Sequence record: SRR22947725_534
DNA length: 37,287 bases
Direction: 5' to 3' (one strand)
Numbering within the stretch: the stretch's first letter is position 1; each line of letters starts with the position of its first letter. Below are positions 1 through 9,966 of the stretch, piece after piece. The translations under genes were made by a program, and so were the position numbers. The notes under the pieces are model-generated. The model made no database searches and was not told where the DNA came from. It saw only the letters and a program-made list of their open reading frames with translations.

Positions 1-754
1 TGTTAGATAAAATATGAATTAAATTTTTGTTTTTATTGTCAAGATTTTTCCCTATAAAAATAATTTTCAAATTATTGATTTTTTTATCAAAAATATGAAC
101 ACTTTTAATAAATAATTCTAAACCTTTAATCTTCGCTGTTTTACCTATATAGCCTATTATAAAATCCGTTTCTTCTAGATTATATTTTAAGCAAAAATCT
201 TTCTTTTTTTTTCTATTAGGTTTGAATATATTTAAATCAAAACCATTAGGAAGTATTTTGTGATTTTTAGGTTTATAACCTTTTTTGATATGAGAATTAA
301 ATCCAGTTTTAGAGTTTGCTACTACATAATCTGGAACGTTAGAAACTATACTTAAAAATTTTATTAACATTAAATTTTTAATACTAAAAATACCTACTTC
401 AGGTGCTGAGCATCTAATGTTCCACATTAATTTAATTTTTGGAAATAAAAGTTTAATAAAAAAACCTATCAAATCAGAAGCATACAGCCATGTTACTAAT
501 AAGTCCGGGTTAAACCCTTTTACTAATTTAATCAATCGTTTAAAATTAGTAATAAAGCCTATAAAGCTGTATATATTGATATAGTGAACTTTAATATTTT
601 TATCCTCAAGTTCTTTACCGAGAATTCCTGGGCCTTGAAGGCAAATTACTAAGTTATTAAATCTGCTATTATTAATATGCAATATCAACTTGTACAACAT
701 AGTTTCTGCACCACCAGTTTCTAAACTAGTAATAATGTGAAGAATTCTTTTCAA
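1..754 (-). CDS. Glycosyltransferase family 4 (GT-B), 3' end truncated by the window edge
   Basis: Not in the ORF track; translated by hand from TTG at 754-752: MKRILHIITSLETGGAETMLYKL..., later LVTWLYASD, WNIRCS and FPNGFDLNIFKP. This is a typical GT4 N-terminus, and the frame stays open to position 1. Confidence 0.88.
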   Translation of the reverse strand, partial: MKRILHIITSLETGGAETMLYKLILHINNSRFNNLVICLQGPGILGKELEDKNIKVHYINIYSFIGFITNFKRLIKLVKGFNPDLLVTWLYASDLIGFFIKLLFPKIKLMWNIRCSAPEVGIFSIKNLMLIKFLSIVSNVPDYVVANSKTGFNSHIKKGYKPKNHKILPNGFDLNIFKPNRKKKKDFCLKYNLEETDFIIGYIGKTAKIKGLELFIKSVHIFDKKINNLKIIFIGKNLDNKNKNLIHILSN

Positions 755-755
755 T

Positions 756-1604
756 TTATTTTAGCCATTTTAAAAGTTTTCTATATAAAAACCCTGGAAA
801 TTGAAACAGCTGTTTTTGAAAAACTAATGAAGTTGCATAAAAAGCAATTGTGAATCCATTAATTTTGTAACATAAATAGAATACAGTCTGTAGCAATTGT
901 AATACAGCGACTATTAAATTAAATTTTTTACTATTGTCTTGTAATTTTGCTCTTTCAGCACTAGTTTTTACAACTTCATAATGATTGAACCTTGGTCCAT
1001 TAACATAACCATAAATTCCCAGCAATGATCCTCCTATCATAATAGGTAAATCACTTCCCCAATTACAAAATTTCTTAGGTATAGATTTTAACATACTTGT
1101 CCTCCAAAGACCGTATATATGAAAACATTGTATTTGTGACGTTTTCTTAATTCTCTTTTTTAGCGATAAATTACTCGTGCTAAAATCAAAATTCATTAAT
1201 GTTCCAATTTGATTTGACTCTGTTATTTTGTAAACATCTGAAAAGACAAGTATCATTTCAGGGTTTGGTTCTAAAGCATTATAGAGCTTCTCAATGTAAT
1301 CATAGCTTCTTGTATCATCATGGGCTGCCCAGAGAAAAAATTTGCTTTCAGCTTTGGATAATACAAACATGAAATTATCAAAGGCAGTTAAAAAATTTTT
1401 TTGATAATAATATTCAATACGACTATCTTTTTTTGCTATATTTTTAAGGTATTTTGAAGAACCATCTGTTGATCCATTATCTGAGATGATTATTTGTAAG
1501 TTTTTTTCAGTCTGATTCAATATTGTTTCTATTGCATTTTTAAGCTGTAAGCCACCATTCCTAAGAGGCATTCCTACTGTAACTTTTGTAGAATTATATT
1601 TCAA
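756..1604 (-). CDS. Glycosyltransferase family 2
   Basis: GT-A motifs VTVGMPLRNG, IISDNGSTDGS and WAAHDD (DxD-like). Confidence 0.9.
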   Translation of the reverse strand: MKYNSTKVTVGMPLRNGGLQLKNAIETILNQTEKNLQIIISDNGSTDGSSKYLKNIAKKDSRIEYYYQKNFLTAFDNFMFVLSKAESKFFLWAAHDDTRSYDYIEKLYNALEPNPEMILVFSDVYKITESNQIGTLMNFDFSTSNLSLKKRIKKTSQIQCFHIYGLWRTSMLKSIPKKFCNWGSDLPIMIGGSLLGIYGYVNGPRFNHYEVVKTSAERAKLQDNSKKFNLIVAVLQLLQTVFYLCYKINGFTIAFYATSLVFQKQLFQFPGFLYRKLLKWLK

Positions 1605-1605
1605 A

Positions 1606-2385
1606 TCAACTTATCCTTTTAAGATATCCATTAGGTGCGACACTAATTAAGATCTTGTTATCTATGGTTTTATCTATTTTAAATTTAGCGTTATTACTAA
1701 TAAATTCATCTACAGCAGATTTGGGACTGTTATTTGGTCCCCAATTTCTATTTTTACTTGCAGGTAACTCATCTATAATTGTATCAAAAACTATACAATA
1801 ACTACCTTTTGAGACCAAACTTGAATAAGAACTTAATTCTTTAAGCACATGTTCATGTGAATGATTTGAATCTAAGCAAACTAAAATTTTTTTAAATTTT
1901 TTAGAATAAGTTTTTATTTTTTTTACAGTATCCTCCGCAGTTGAACTTCCTTCAATCATAGATATTTTTTTTGAAAGTGGATGACTATTAATTAATATTT
2001 TATTATGTTCTTTAATGTCAATATCAACACCTAAGACCATTCTCTTTGTTGGGATCAATGGTGAATTTTGATCTGAAGATAAATGTTCACAATAATCAAT
2101 TAATGCTAATACTGAAGCGTTAAAAATTAAAGATCCACCATGAGCAATGCCAATATCAATTATTAAGTCTGGCTTAACCTCCCATATGATTTCTTGAAGT
2201 ACAATTAAATCTTGAGGATATTGTATTACCGGTCTTGATAACCAATCAAAATGATAAGAGTAATTATAATCTAAACTTTTTTTAAACCATTTTTCAGATA
2301 TTTTTTTAAATTCTTTGTCATTTGCTTGCAGTTCTATCTCTTGCATTCTTTGGATTTTAAAATCTTTTATAGCGTCTGATCCCAT
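1606..2385 (-). CDS. CmcI (cephalosporin hydroxylase) family SAM-dependent methyltransferase, probable sugar O-methyltransferase
   Basis: Family motifs YSYHFDWLSRPVIQYPQD, KPDLIIDIGIAHGGSL, LDSNHSHEHVLKEL, WGPNNSPKSAV and VAPNGYLKR. Confidence 0.88.
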   Translation of the reverse strand: MGSDAIKDFKIQRMQEIELQANDKEFKKISEKWFKKSLDYNYSYHFDWLSRPVIQYPQDLIVLQEIIWEVKPDLIIDIGIAHGGSLIFNASVLALIDYCEHLSSDQNSPLIPTKRMVLGVDIDIKEHNKILINSHPLSKKISMIEGSSTAEDTVKKIKTYSKKFKKILVCLDSNHSHEHVLKELSSYSSLVSKGSYCIVFDTIIDELPASKNRNWGPNNSPKSAVDEFISNNAKFKIDKTIDNKILISVAPNGYLKRIS

Positions 2386-2388
2386 CTT

Positions 2389-3393
2389 TTACTCCTTGTA
2401 AAGCGTTCGTGACCCTTTATTATCGTAAGTTATTTTTGTTACAGGAAAATTAATAAGAGATGCACGCACTTGCTTCTGTAATTCAGGTGGAACAACTAGC
2501 ATTAAAAAACCTCCTCCTCCTGCACCACTTATTTTACCTCCTAAAGCACCACTTTCTAATGCCTTTTTATAAACAATATCAATGTTTTTATTACTGATAT
2601 CGAATGCTAGTTTTTTTTTATTTTCCCATGTTTCATTTAAAATTAAACCAAGCGCATTTGGAGTAAAATTGTTCACAAATAATTTATATACTTTAGAAGC
2701 ATGACTTTTTATTTGATTTAAATTTTTTATATTAATAGCTTTTGTATTATTAGCATTTTGTTCTTTTAAGACATCATTTGCTGACCTAAAAAGCTTGGTA
2801 GAAAAAAACATCAAGTTATCAAAAATAAAGTTAATTTTATTTCTTTCCATGTTTATAGGATTAATTTCAATCAAATTACTCCTTTTAAATATAATTTGAT
2901 TCAATCCTCCTATTGCAGTTGCAAATTGATCTTGTTTACCAATGGGGCTGCCTAGAATATTAATTTCTATATGACAAGCTTCCTCAGCCAACCTAAAATT
3001 AGAAACTTCCTCTCCTTTGAGTTCGTAAATAGCTCTTAATAAACCAACTGTAAATGCACTTGAAGAACCCAACCCACTATAAGCAGGAACGTCTGCTATA
3101 GTACTAATAAACAAAGGATCATCAAAATTCATGAATTTTAAAACTGATCTAATTATATTATTTTTTATATCATTTAAATGGTTTACATGCTCAGATGAAT
3201 AATAATTTAATCTGTATTTTTCAGGATTTACGCCGTAATCATGTCTTTTTACAGTAACGTAAACATATTTATCGATTGCACTACTTACTACCTGACCACC
3301 AAATCTACAAAAATAATTCTGAAAATCAGTGCCTCCACCTGCAAAACTTATCCTTAAGGGTGTTTTGGTTATTACAAAATTTTTGTTTTTCAT
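2389..3393 (-). CDS. hddA: GHMP kinase, D-glycero-alpha-D-manno-heptose-7-phosphate kinase-like
   Basis: TPLRISFAGGGTD, PAYSGLGSSS ATP loop, IGKQDQ and GGKISGAGGGGF; clustered with gmhA-like and gmhB-like genes. Confidence 0.85.
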   Translation of the reverse strand: MKNKNFVITKTPLRISFAGGGTDFQNYFCRFGGQVVSSAIDKYVYVTVKRHDYGVNPEKYRLNYYSSEHVNHLNDIKNNIIRSVLKFMNFDDPLFISTIADVPAYSGLGSSSAFTVGLLRAIYELKGEEVSNFRLAEEACHIEINILGSPIGKQDQFATAIGGLNQIIFKRSNLIEINPINMERNKINFIFDNLMFFSTKLFRSANDVLKEQNANNTKAINIKNLNQIKSHASKVYKLFVNNFTPNALGLILNETWENKKKLAFDISNKNIDIVYKKALESGALGGKISGAGGGGFLMLVVPPELQKQVRASLINFPVTKITYDNKGSRTLYKE

Positions 3394-4625
3394 TATTTAT
3401 AAAATTTCTCTATTAATGGTAAAGCCATTTTTAAATTCAAGAAATAATTTCTTTTGAACTTAGTTTTTTTAACCAGATCTATTTCGCCAATATACAAACA
3501 TTCTGTTCCTGCATTATCTGCTGCATAGCAATCCCTTATATCATCACCCACATATAGAACTTTATTTAAAGGTATACAAAAATCTTTTGACACTTGAAAA
3601 AAAAGTTGGGGATTAGGTTTTCTACATTTACAATTATCATTCCAGTGATGAGGACATATATAAAATCTTTCAATAGTTATGTCTAACTTCATTAATTCTT
3701 TTTTTATGTAGTTATTGATGTTATTAACCTGCTGTTCTGAAACTAGTTTTCTACCTATCCCGGCTTGATTTGAAATAACCACAAATGTGAACCCTTTTTT
3801 TGATAACACTTTTAGACTTTGAATTGTTTCTTGAACAAACTTTACAGAATCAATATCTTTTATATATTCGCCTTTTGGAGCCTTATGATTTATAGTTCCA
3901 TCTCTATCTAATAATAAGATTTTTTTAGGTAAAAGAAATTTTCTAGTTATATTTAATCTTTTTGCATCTGATATACTATAATATTCTGTATCTAGAATTT
4001 TAAAAGATACTTTTTTTTTATATATAAAAAGTTCTAACAAAGAGGAAAAATCATATTCTGAAGAAACATTAACTTTGTCAAAAAAATTTAATAAAATTTT
4101 CCTGTTAATTATCATGTACCCTAATTCAACATAATTTAAATTATTTTTTGTCCTAGTACGATCATAAGTTAAAATTTTATCATTATATATTTCAATATTG
4201 CCCTTTTTTTTTCTTTTCAATAATAATGTAATTAAGCTTTGATTTTGCATATGAATTTTTGTCATACTTTTTAATGAAACTTCTGCATAATTATCAGAAT
4301 AAAGTAACATAAAGTTTGAAGAAATTTTATCTTTTGCTTCCCATATTCTTTTACCCGTTCCCCAATCTACAGGACCTTCAGAATATGTTATGTTCCAACC
4401 CCAAAAACTTCCATCTTTGAAATAATCTTTAATCTTTCTAGAAAGATAACCAGTTAATAATAAAAAGTCCTTAATTCCTTGTGATGCTAACTGATCTAAA
4501 AGATAAAATAAAAAAGGTTTGTCTTCATTAATTATCACCATTGGCTTTGGAATGTTTTTTGTTATTGGTAACAATCTAGTTCCCAAACCACCACATAAAA
4601 TAACTGCTTGTGAAAGATTATTCAT
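3393..4625 (-). CDS. Fusion of a sugar-1-phosphate nucleotidyltransferase (HddC-like) and a HAD-IIIA heptose-bisphosphate phosphatase (GmhB-like)
   Basis: N-terminal ILCGGLGTRLLPIT..PKPM; C-terminal LLDRDGTIN, SNQAGI, CPH..CKCRKP (zinc site) and VGD. Confidence 0.88.
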   Translation of the reverse strand: MNNLSQAVILCGGLGTRLLPITKNIPKPMVIINEDKPFLFYLLDQLASQGIKDFLLLTGYLSRKIKDYFKDGSFWGWNITYSEGPVDWGTGKRIWEAKDKISSNFMLLYSDNYAEVSLKSMTKIHMQNQSLITLLLKRKKKGNIEIYNDKILTYDRTRTKNNLNYVELGYMIINRKILLNFFDKVNVSSEYDFSSLLELFIYKKKVSFKILDTEYYSISDAKRLNITRKFLLPKKILLLDRDGTINHKAPKGEYIKDIDSVKFVQETIQSLKVLSKKGFTFVVISNQAGIGRKLVSEQQVNNINNYIKKELMKLDITIERFYICPHHWNDNCKCRKPNPQLFFQVSKDFCIPLNKVLYVGDDIRDCYAADNAGTECLYIGEIDLVKKTKFKRNYFLNLKMALPLIEKFYK

Positions 4626-5509
4626 TTCTGTCTACACAATTCTATTAATCCATCCTTTATGTTTTTTTTAGGTTTCCAGTCAAGATAATATTTTGCTTTT
4701 GTAATATCTGCATAAAACCCATTTGTATTTTTTATATATCTTCCATTTTTTTTAATCTCATTTGTAAAACTATTTGTATTTAAAACAATCTTTTCAAGAT
4801 TTGATAAAATTTTTACAACCTCAGTCAAATAACCACTTCCAAAATTATAAATTCCAGATGGCGCATCGTGTGTTATAAATCTTTTCAATCCTTCAGAAAC
4901 ATCCAGAACATTTACAAAATCGTTACAAGCATTAATAGACTTTATGATGGGGTCTTTATTTTTTTGAAAATTATTAATTATATTAGGTATCAGAGAATCT
5001 TTTCTTTGATAAAAACCATAAACATAAAATAGACGTGCCCAATAAAGCTTTATATTTTTTTCTTTTAAAATTTTATTAGAAAATATGTTTATTAAATTTT
5101 TAGTCCATTCAAACCATTGCTCTGGGTTAACAAGTTCATCCTCATTACAATTTCCATTAACTTTATTATATTCTAAACAAGTTCCGGTAATAACCACCTT
5201 TTCGATTGAACGAATATTAGATAAATGATGCATCAAATTAATCGATGAATTTAAATTTTTTAAACAATTATCAAATGAGAAATCAGGGATACCTTCCCAA
5301 GATAAATGATAAACTACAGTGGGTTTAAAATCATTTATAATATGCATATGATTTTTTATATCACTTAAATCAGTTTTTATCCAAGAAACATTGTCTTTAT
5401 TAGTATTTTTTTTCCTAGAAGTGGCAAGCACTTCTATATTATTCTCTTGTAAAATATTAATTAAATTTTTTCCTATAAAACCCGATGCTCCTGTAATTAA
5501 TATATTCAT
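4622..5509 (-). CDS. Extended SDR, probable NDP-4-keto-sugar reductase
   Basis: ILITGASGFIG, GTCLEY, RLFYVYG and DFVNVLDV; the YxxxK position reads FEWTK. Confidence 0.8.
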   Translation of the reverse strand: MNILITGASGFIGKNLINILQENNIEVLATSRKKNTNKDNVSWIKTDLSDIKNHMHIINDFKPTVVYHLSWEGIPDFSFDNCLKNLNSSINLMHHLSNIRSIEKVVITGTCLEYNKVNGNCNEDELVNPEQWFEWTKNLINIFSNKILKEKNIKLYWARLFYVYGFYQRKDSLIPNIINNFQKNKDPIIKSINACNDFVNVLDVSEGLKRFITHDAPSGIYNFGSGYLTEVVKILSNLEKIVLNTNSFTNEIKKNGRYIKNTNGFYADITKAKYYLDWKPKKNIKDGLIELCRQK

Positions 5510-5513
5510 ATGA

Positions 5514-6044
5514 TTAAGCTTTATAATACGGTAAACCTAGGTCTTTTTCTGATATTATTTTGGGTTCTATTGGCCAAGATATATTAAATGAAGGATCATC
5601 AAATCTAAACCCTTTATCTTTTTTTGATTCAAAATAATCACCCATATAATAATGAAGTACAGTATTATCTTTTAGGGTTAAGAAAGCATTAGCACATCCA
5701 GCGGGAATATAAATACTATATTTATTTTCGGAAGAAAGCTCTAAAGCTATTTTTTTTAAATATGTTGGTGATTTTTTTCTTATATCAATTGTTATATTCC
5801 ATGCACTTCCAGTTATACAGGATAACAATTTGTCTTCTTTTGAAGGGATTTCATTATAATGAAATCCTCTCAATGTACCAACTTTGAAGTTTTCCGAGAT
5901 ATTTCCTTGCATGACATTGAAATTAACACCTATATCAAAAAAAAATTTTTTACAAAAATGCCGCCTAAAAATACCTCTGTTATCCGACAAGACTTCAGGA
6001 CGTATTATATAATAATTCTGTATATTTGTTTTTTCAAACTTCAT
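5514..6044 (-). CDS. RmlC-like NDP-4-keto-sugar 3/5-epimerase (cupin)
   Basis: DNRGIF, GTLRGFHY, DIRKKSPTY, YIPAGCANAFLTL and WPIEPKIISEKD. I prefer the ATG at 6044 (MKFEKTNI), which overlaps the upstream stop, to the track start at 6074. Confidence 0.9.
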   Translation of the reverse strand: MKFEKTNIQNYYIIRPEVLSDNRGIFRRHFCKKFFFDIGVNFNVMQGNISENFKVGTLRGFHYNEIPSKEDKLLSCITGSAWNITIDIRKKSPTYLKKIALELSSENKYSIYIPAGCANAFLTLKDNTVLHYYMGDYFESKKDKGFRFDDPSFNISWPIEPKIISEKDLGLPYYKA

Positions 6045-7278
6045 AAATTTTTGGCTCATAAGGAAGTGGAACAATGACAGAACCTCTATAACCTATGTCT
6101 AAAAGTTCTTCATGAATTTCTTTTTCAAAATTCCATGCTAAAATTATAATACATGAAATTTTATCAAGATGCGTAATACTGTCCTTCAATGATAATATTT
6201 TAATATCAGAACCAGGTGTAATCATATCTTTTTTTAAATCATTCTTATCAATTATAAAATCAATTTGATTATTATTGATACCACAAAAATTTAAAATCGT
6301 TGAACTTCTTGCTGATGCACCAAAACCAATAACTAGTCCTTGTTTTTTCTTATTTAAAATCATTTCTTTTAACTTTTGGGCATGAGTAATAGAGTTTTTT
6401 GCAAAGAGTTTCCATCTCTCAAGAGAATTGACGCCTTTATCCATTTCATAATTTTCTGCTTCAATTAACTTTTGAGATTTAGTTTTCTTAACTTTTGAGA
6501 AGAAAATTACTAGTGATCCACCACTAATAGGGCTTTTCTCGTAGTCATAAATATATAAATTACAATTATTTAGAAAATTATTTAATGTAAAAATAGAAAA
6601 GTAAAAAATATGCTCGTGATAAATAGAATCATAGTGCAACTCTTCAAGAATTGTTTTAGAATAGTGAAACTCAATAACACCAAGATTTTTTTCATTTAAT
6701 AATATTGATATACCATCGAGTATTGATTTGATTTCTTTTACATGCGGAATTACATTTCTTGCAATCACAACAGAAGGATGACCGTCGTTTTTTAATATAT
6801 TTTCAGCAAGCTTTTTATTAAAAAACTTTGGGATAGTTCTAATTCCATCTTTATTTGCAATTTTAGCTATATTTTGTGCTGGATCGACACCTAATACATT
6901 ATAACCTTTCTTTGAAAACTCTTTTAAAAATGTACCGTCATTACTAGCTAACTCCAATATATAATTCTTATTTAAGCTTATATTACACAATTTTCTAATA
7001 ATTAGGTCACAAAAGATTTTGCTATATGTTTTTGCACCATTTGATGTGCCAGATACCCACAAATAATTATCAAAGAGATATTTTGGATCAACTATCTCAC
7101 TTAATTGCAATAGTTTACATTTTATACAAAAAATAAGTTTTAAATCAATTAATGGAAGTTTTTTCTGGTCTTCAAGCCTTAAACTGTTTGCAGGTGGTTG
7201 AGCGCCAAGATCCAACACTAAGTCTAATTGATTATTATTGCAGTTTTGACAATGATTTACCTTTTCACTTATTTTCAT
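6034..7278 (-). CDS. NDP-sugar C-methyltransferase (TylC3/EryBIII/NovU-type)
   Basis: N-terminal CxxC...LDLGAQPPAN...CxxCKLLQL zinc domain, ELASNDGTFL SAM loop, DSIYHEH motif and C-terminal GFGASARS...LAWNF...VPLP. Confidence 0.88.
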   Translation of the reverse strand: MKISEKVNHCQNCNNNQLDLVLDLGAQPPANSLRLEDQKKLPLIDLKLIFCIKCKLLQLSEIVDPKYLFDNYLWVSGTSNGAKTYSKIFCDLIIRKLCNISLNKNYILELASNDGTFLKEFSKKGYNVLGVDPAQNIAKIANKDGIRTIPKFFNKKLAENILKNDGHPSVVIARNVIPHVKEIKSILDGISILLNEKNLGVIEFHYSKTILEELHYDSIYHEHIFYFSIFTLNNFLNNCNLYIYDYEKSPISGGSLVIFFSKVKKTKSQKLIEAENYEMDKGVNSLERWKLFAKNSITHAQKLKEMILNKKKQGLVIGFGASARSSTILNFCGINNNQIDFIIDKNDLKKDMITPGSDIKILSLKDSITHLDKISCIIILAWNFEKEIHEELLDIGYRGSVIVPLPYEPKIYEV

Positions 7279-8302
7279 AAAAATAAAGTTCCTTATTTAA
7301 TTGTTTTTCATTTAGCATCTGATTTATTTTTAACAACCTAGTGCAATTAGATCCTCTAAAATACTCTTCGTTAAAATTAATTTTTTTGAAAAAATTAAAT
7401 AACTCCTTTCCTCCATTATTAAGGTTCCATTTTGGTTTATAATAATCTTTAAGTTCAGTTAGTATTCTATTAAAACTTATCTTATAACTCCTAGAATCAA
7501 TATGTTCATTAGTAAAAATTAATTGACTTCCTGGAACAGCTTTTTGAGCTGCTTCTGCTATTTGTTTAACTGTGTAATTTCCATTCGGAACGCCAACATT
7601 AAAAGATCTTCCATTTACCAATTCCTCTGGGGCCTCTAGGCCAGCAATTAATGCCGAACAAAGATCTTTAACATGAACTACCGGCCTCCACGGTTTGCCG
7701 TCACTTTTAATCTCTATCTTCCCTGTAGTAAAAGCACAGCCAACTAAGTTGTTAAATACAACATCACACCTTAACCTAGGGCTCACTCCAAAAACAGTTG
7801 ATGGTCTCATAAATGTAATACAGAATTTTTTTGAAGCTATTTTTTTTAGTTCACATTCAGCCATCCACTTGGTTTTAGCATAAGCAGTGACAGGGTTTTT
7901 ATCAGAATTATCCTCATCCAATTCATCATCTGTATTTGCTACACCATACATACTTAATGATGAAACATAAACAAATCTTTTTACGCCAGCCTTCTTAGAT
8001 AAGAACGCAATTTTAAGAGCAGCTTCATAATTAATTTTTTCTGTAATACCTTTAGCCAATTCTCCTAATGGATCGTTAGATAAAGCTGCTAAATGTATAA
8101 CCGCGTCAATATTTTTTAAATCACTGATTTCTATATTTCTAATATCTTTTAGAATTTGCATGTCTGTTTGAAATGGATCAGTCAAAATACAGTCTTTGAA
8201 ATAACCAGTATCAAAACCAATAACATTGTAATTTTTCTTTATTAGCTCCGGTACAAGAACAGTTCCAATATAACCTAAATTTCCAGTTACTAAAATTTTC
8301 AT
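7265..8302 (-). CDS. NAD-dependent NDP-sugar epimerase/dehydratase/oxidase (extended SDR)
   Basis: LVTGNLGYIG, HLAALSNDPLG, catalytic YAKTK, SPRLRCDVVFN and SDGKPWRP. Confidence 0.88.
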   Translation of the reverse strand: MKILVTGNLGYIGTVLVPELIKKNYNVIGFDTGYFKDCILTDPFQTDMQILKDIRNIEISDLKNIDAVIHLAALSNDPLGELAKGITEKINYEAALKIAFLSKKAGVKRFVYVSSLSMYGVANTDDELDEDNSDKNPVTAYAKTKWMAECELKKIASKKFCITFMRPSTVFGVSPRLRCDVVFNNLVGCAFTTGKIEIKSDGKPWRPVVHVKDLCSALIAGLEAPEELVNGRSFNVGVPNGNYTVKQIAEAAQKAVPGSQLIFTNEHIDSRSYKISFNRILTELKDYYKPKWNLNNGGKELFNFFKKINFNEEYFRGSNCTRLLKINQMLNEKQLNKELYFYENK

Positions 8303-8371
8303 AATAAAAATAGTGAATTATAAAGGTATTTAATTAGCTTTATCATTAGAGTATTTCCTATGTCATTATCA

Positions 8372-8992
8372 CTAAAATAGTCGTTTATTAATTAAGTCTT
8401 CTTTCATATTCTTCATTCTAATAAACTGAGCAATTATTTGCATTAATGATTGAAAAACATCTTCGATTATTCCATAATTGTCCGACTTTACATTAATATT
8501 TATATCAGAAATTTTTAAACTTTCACCACCACAAAAACCAGTAAATGAAATAACATTTAGACCTAATTCTTTTGCTGATTTCATAGCATTTATTATATTT
8601 GGTGAATTTCCTGATGCGCTTATTGTGAGTAAAGTATCATCGTTTTCTCCTAAGTTTTTAATTTGATAAGAGTAAATTTCATCATAAGATATATCATTAG
8701 ACAGTGCAGTAATCATCTCAATAGAGTTAGACAGTGAATAAATTTTAACTCTAATGTTTGTATCTGTTCCAATTAGTTTTCCATGATCACATACCATGTG
8801 ATTTGCAATTGCCGCGGACCCTCCATTTCCACAAACATACAAAGTTCTATTATCTAAATATGTTCTTTCAATCAATTTTGTCATATCTTCTAAAGCAATA
8901 AGATCTAAATTTTTAACAGCTATGCTTTGCTTCCTAATATACTCTTTTGTAAATTCTGAAATTTTGTTATATTTTTTATTAGGAAAAGTCAT
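8372..8992 (-). CDS. gmhA: SIS-domain phosphosugar isomerase, GmhA-like (atypical C-terminal motif)
   Basis: CGNGGSAAIANH, TALSND, ISASGNSPNI and TGFCGG. ATG at 8992; the track's TTG start is one codon upstream. Confidence 0.8.
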   Translation of the reverse strand: MTFPNKKYNKISEFTKEYIRKQSIAVKNLDLIALEDMTKLIERTYLDNRTLYVCGNGGSAAIANHMVCDHGKLIGTDTNIRVKIYSLSNSIEMITALSNDISYDEIYSYQIKNLGENDDTLLTISASGNSPNIINAMKSAKELGLNVISFTGFCGGESLKISDININVKSDNYGIIEDVFQSLMQIIAQFIRMKNMKEDLINKRLF

Positions 8993-9002
8993 CAACTAAG
9001 CC

Positions 9003-9965
9003 TTATTTATTAAAAGGAAATTTTTCGTTTGAAGTGATTTCTTTAAATATATTATTAAAATTTATTTTGTATATATCATCATTTGGAATATTATCATTAT
9101 TATTTCTTGAACGTAAGTTGAGACTTACTTTACATTCTGGGATATTTTTAATTACATTGTAAGACAAATTATATAATTCCTTATGATTACTTTTAGAATC
9201 ATCAATTATAACTAATTTTTTTGATTGATTAGTTAACTTTAGAACTTGGTCCCAATTAGTTGGCATTACACATGATGCATTTACCAAAGATGGTTTTAAA
9301 CCTCTTTTCTTAAAATAATCACATAAATTTAGTCCATTTTGAAAAGCAAAGTTAGTGCAGAGGACAGTTACATCTTCCCCATCAAAATATTTATACAAAC
9401 AATTTTTTTTATCAAGTAACATCGGCTTTTTATTTGAATATATTATCTCATTCTTAAATAATTTTTGACTAACACATATAAATCTAACACCTGGATTTAT
9501 AAGATAATTATTTATAACAAGTTTAGCATCGTCTATATTTGATATAGTATAACCCGAAATATTTGATAATGAACTAATGTCACGTAACATATTAATACAT
9601 GATTGAGGCCCTTCAAAACCGTTATCAACAACTATTGAAAAAATAGTATAACTGGATTTAAATTTATTAATTGATAAAGAATTCCAAGTATGAACAAAAT
9701 GATCCATGCCTAATAACGTAAAGTCTTGCTGTTTATGAAAATAAATAGCATTAACACCTTCAACCATTAATCCAAAACCAACACCGGACATAGAATATTC
9801 GTTATTTGTTGTGTTTAAAATTAAGTTTTTGTTCTGCTCATTTATACCTCTTGTTAAGCCTCCTAAACAAGACCCAGTTGTAATGTTCTGTCCAAAACAA
9901 ACAGTATTTTCTTTTTTCTGAATTATGTTCTTTATTAATGAGTTTAAATATGAAATATACTGCAT
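9003..9965 (-). CDS. ThDP-dependent E1-beta / transketolase C-terminal-like subunit (divergent)
   Basis: CFGQNI...GGLTRG...NTTNNEYSMSGVGFGL...QQDF resembles the E1-beta pyrimidine-binding domain; GEDVTV and KKLVIID in the C-terminal domain; adjacent to an E1-alpha gene. Confidence 0.75.
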   Translation of the reverse strand: MQYISYLNSLIKNIIQKKENTVCFGQNITTGSCLGGLTRGINEQNKNLILNTTNNEYSMSGVGFGLMVEGVNAIYFHKQQDFTLLGMDHFVHTWNSLSINKFKSSYTIFSIVVDNGFEGPQSCINMLRDISSLSNISGYTISNIDDAKLVINNYLINPGVRFICVSQKLFKNEIIYSNKKPMLLDKKNCLYKYFDGEDVTVLCTNFAFQNGLNLCDYFKKRGLKPSLVNASCVMPTNWDQVLKLTNQSKKLVIIDDSKSNHKELYNLSYNVIKNIPECKVSLNLRSRNNNDNIPNDDIYKINFNNIFKEITSNEKFPFNK

Positions 9966-9966
9966 A

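Noticed and set aside
1606-7278. Antibiotic biosynthesis cluster interpretation (CmcI, TylC3-like and TylF names)
   Set aside because: No PKS, NRPS or other scaffold genes; the context is cell-surface glycan synthesis.
8317-8322. Perfect TATAAT on the minus strand upstream of the SDR starting at 8302
   Set aside because: No convincing -35 element, and the hexamer is frequent in such AT-rich DNA.
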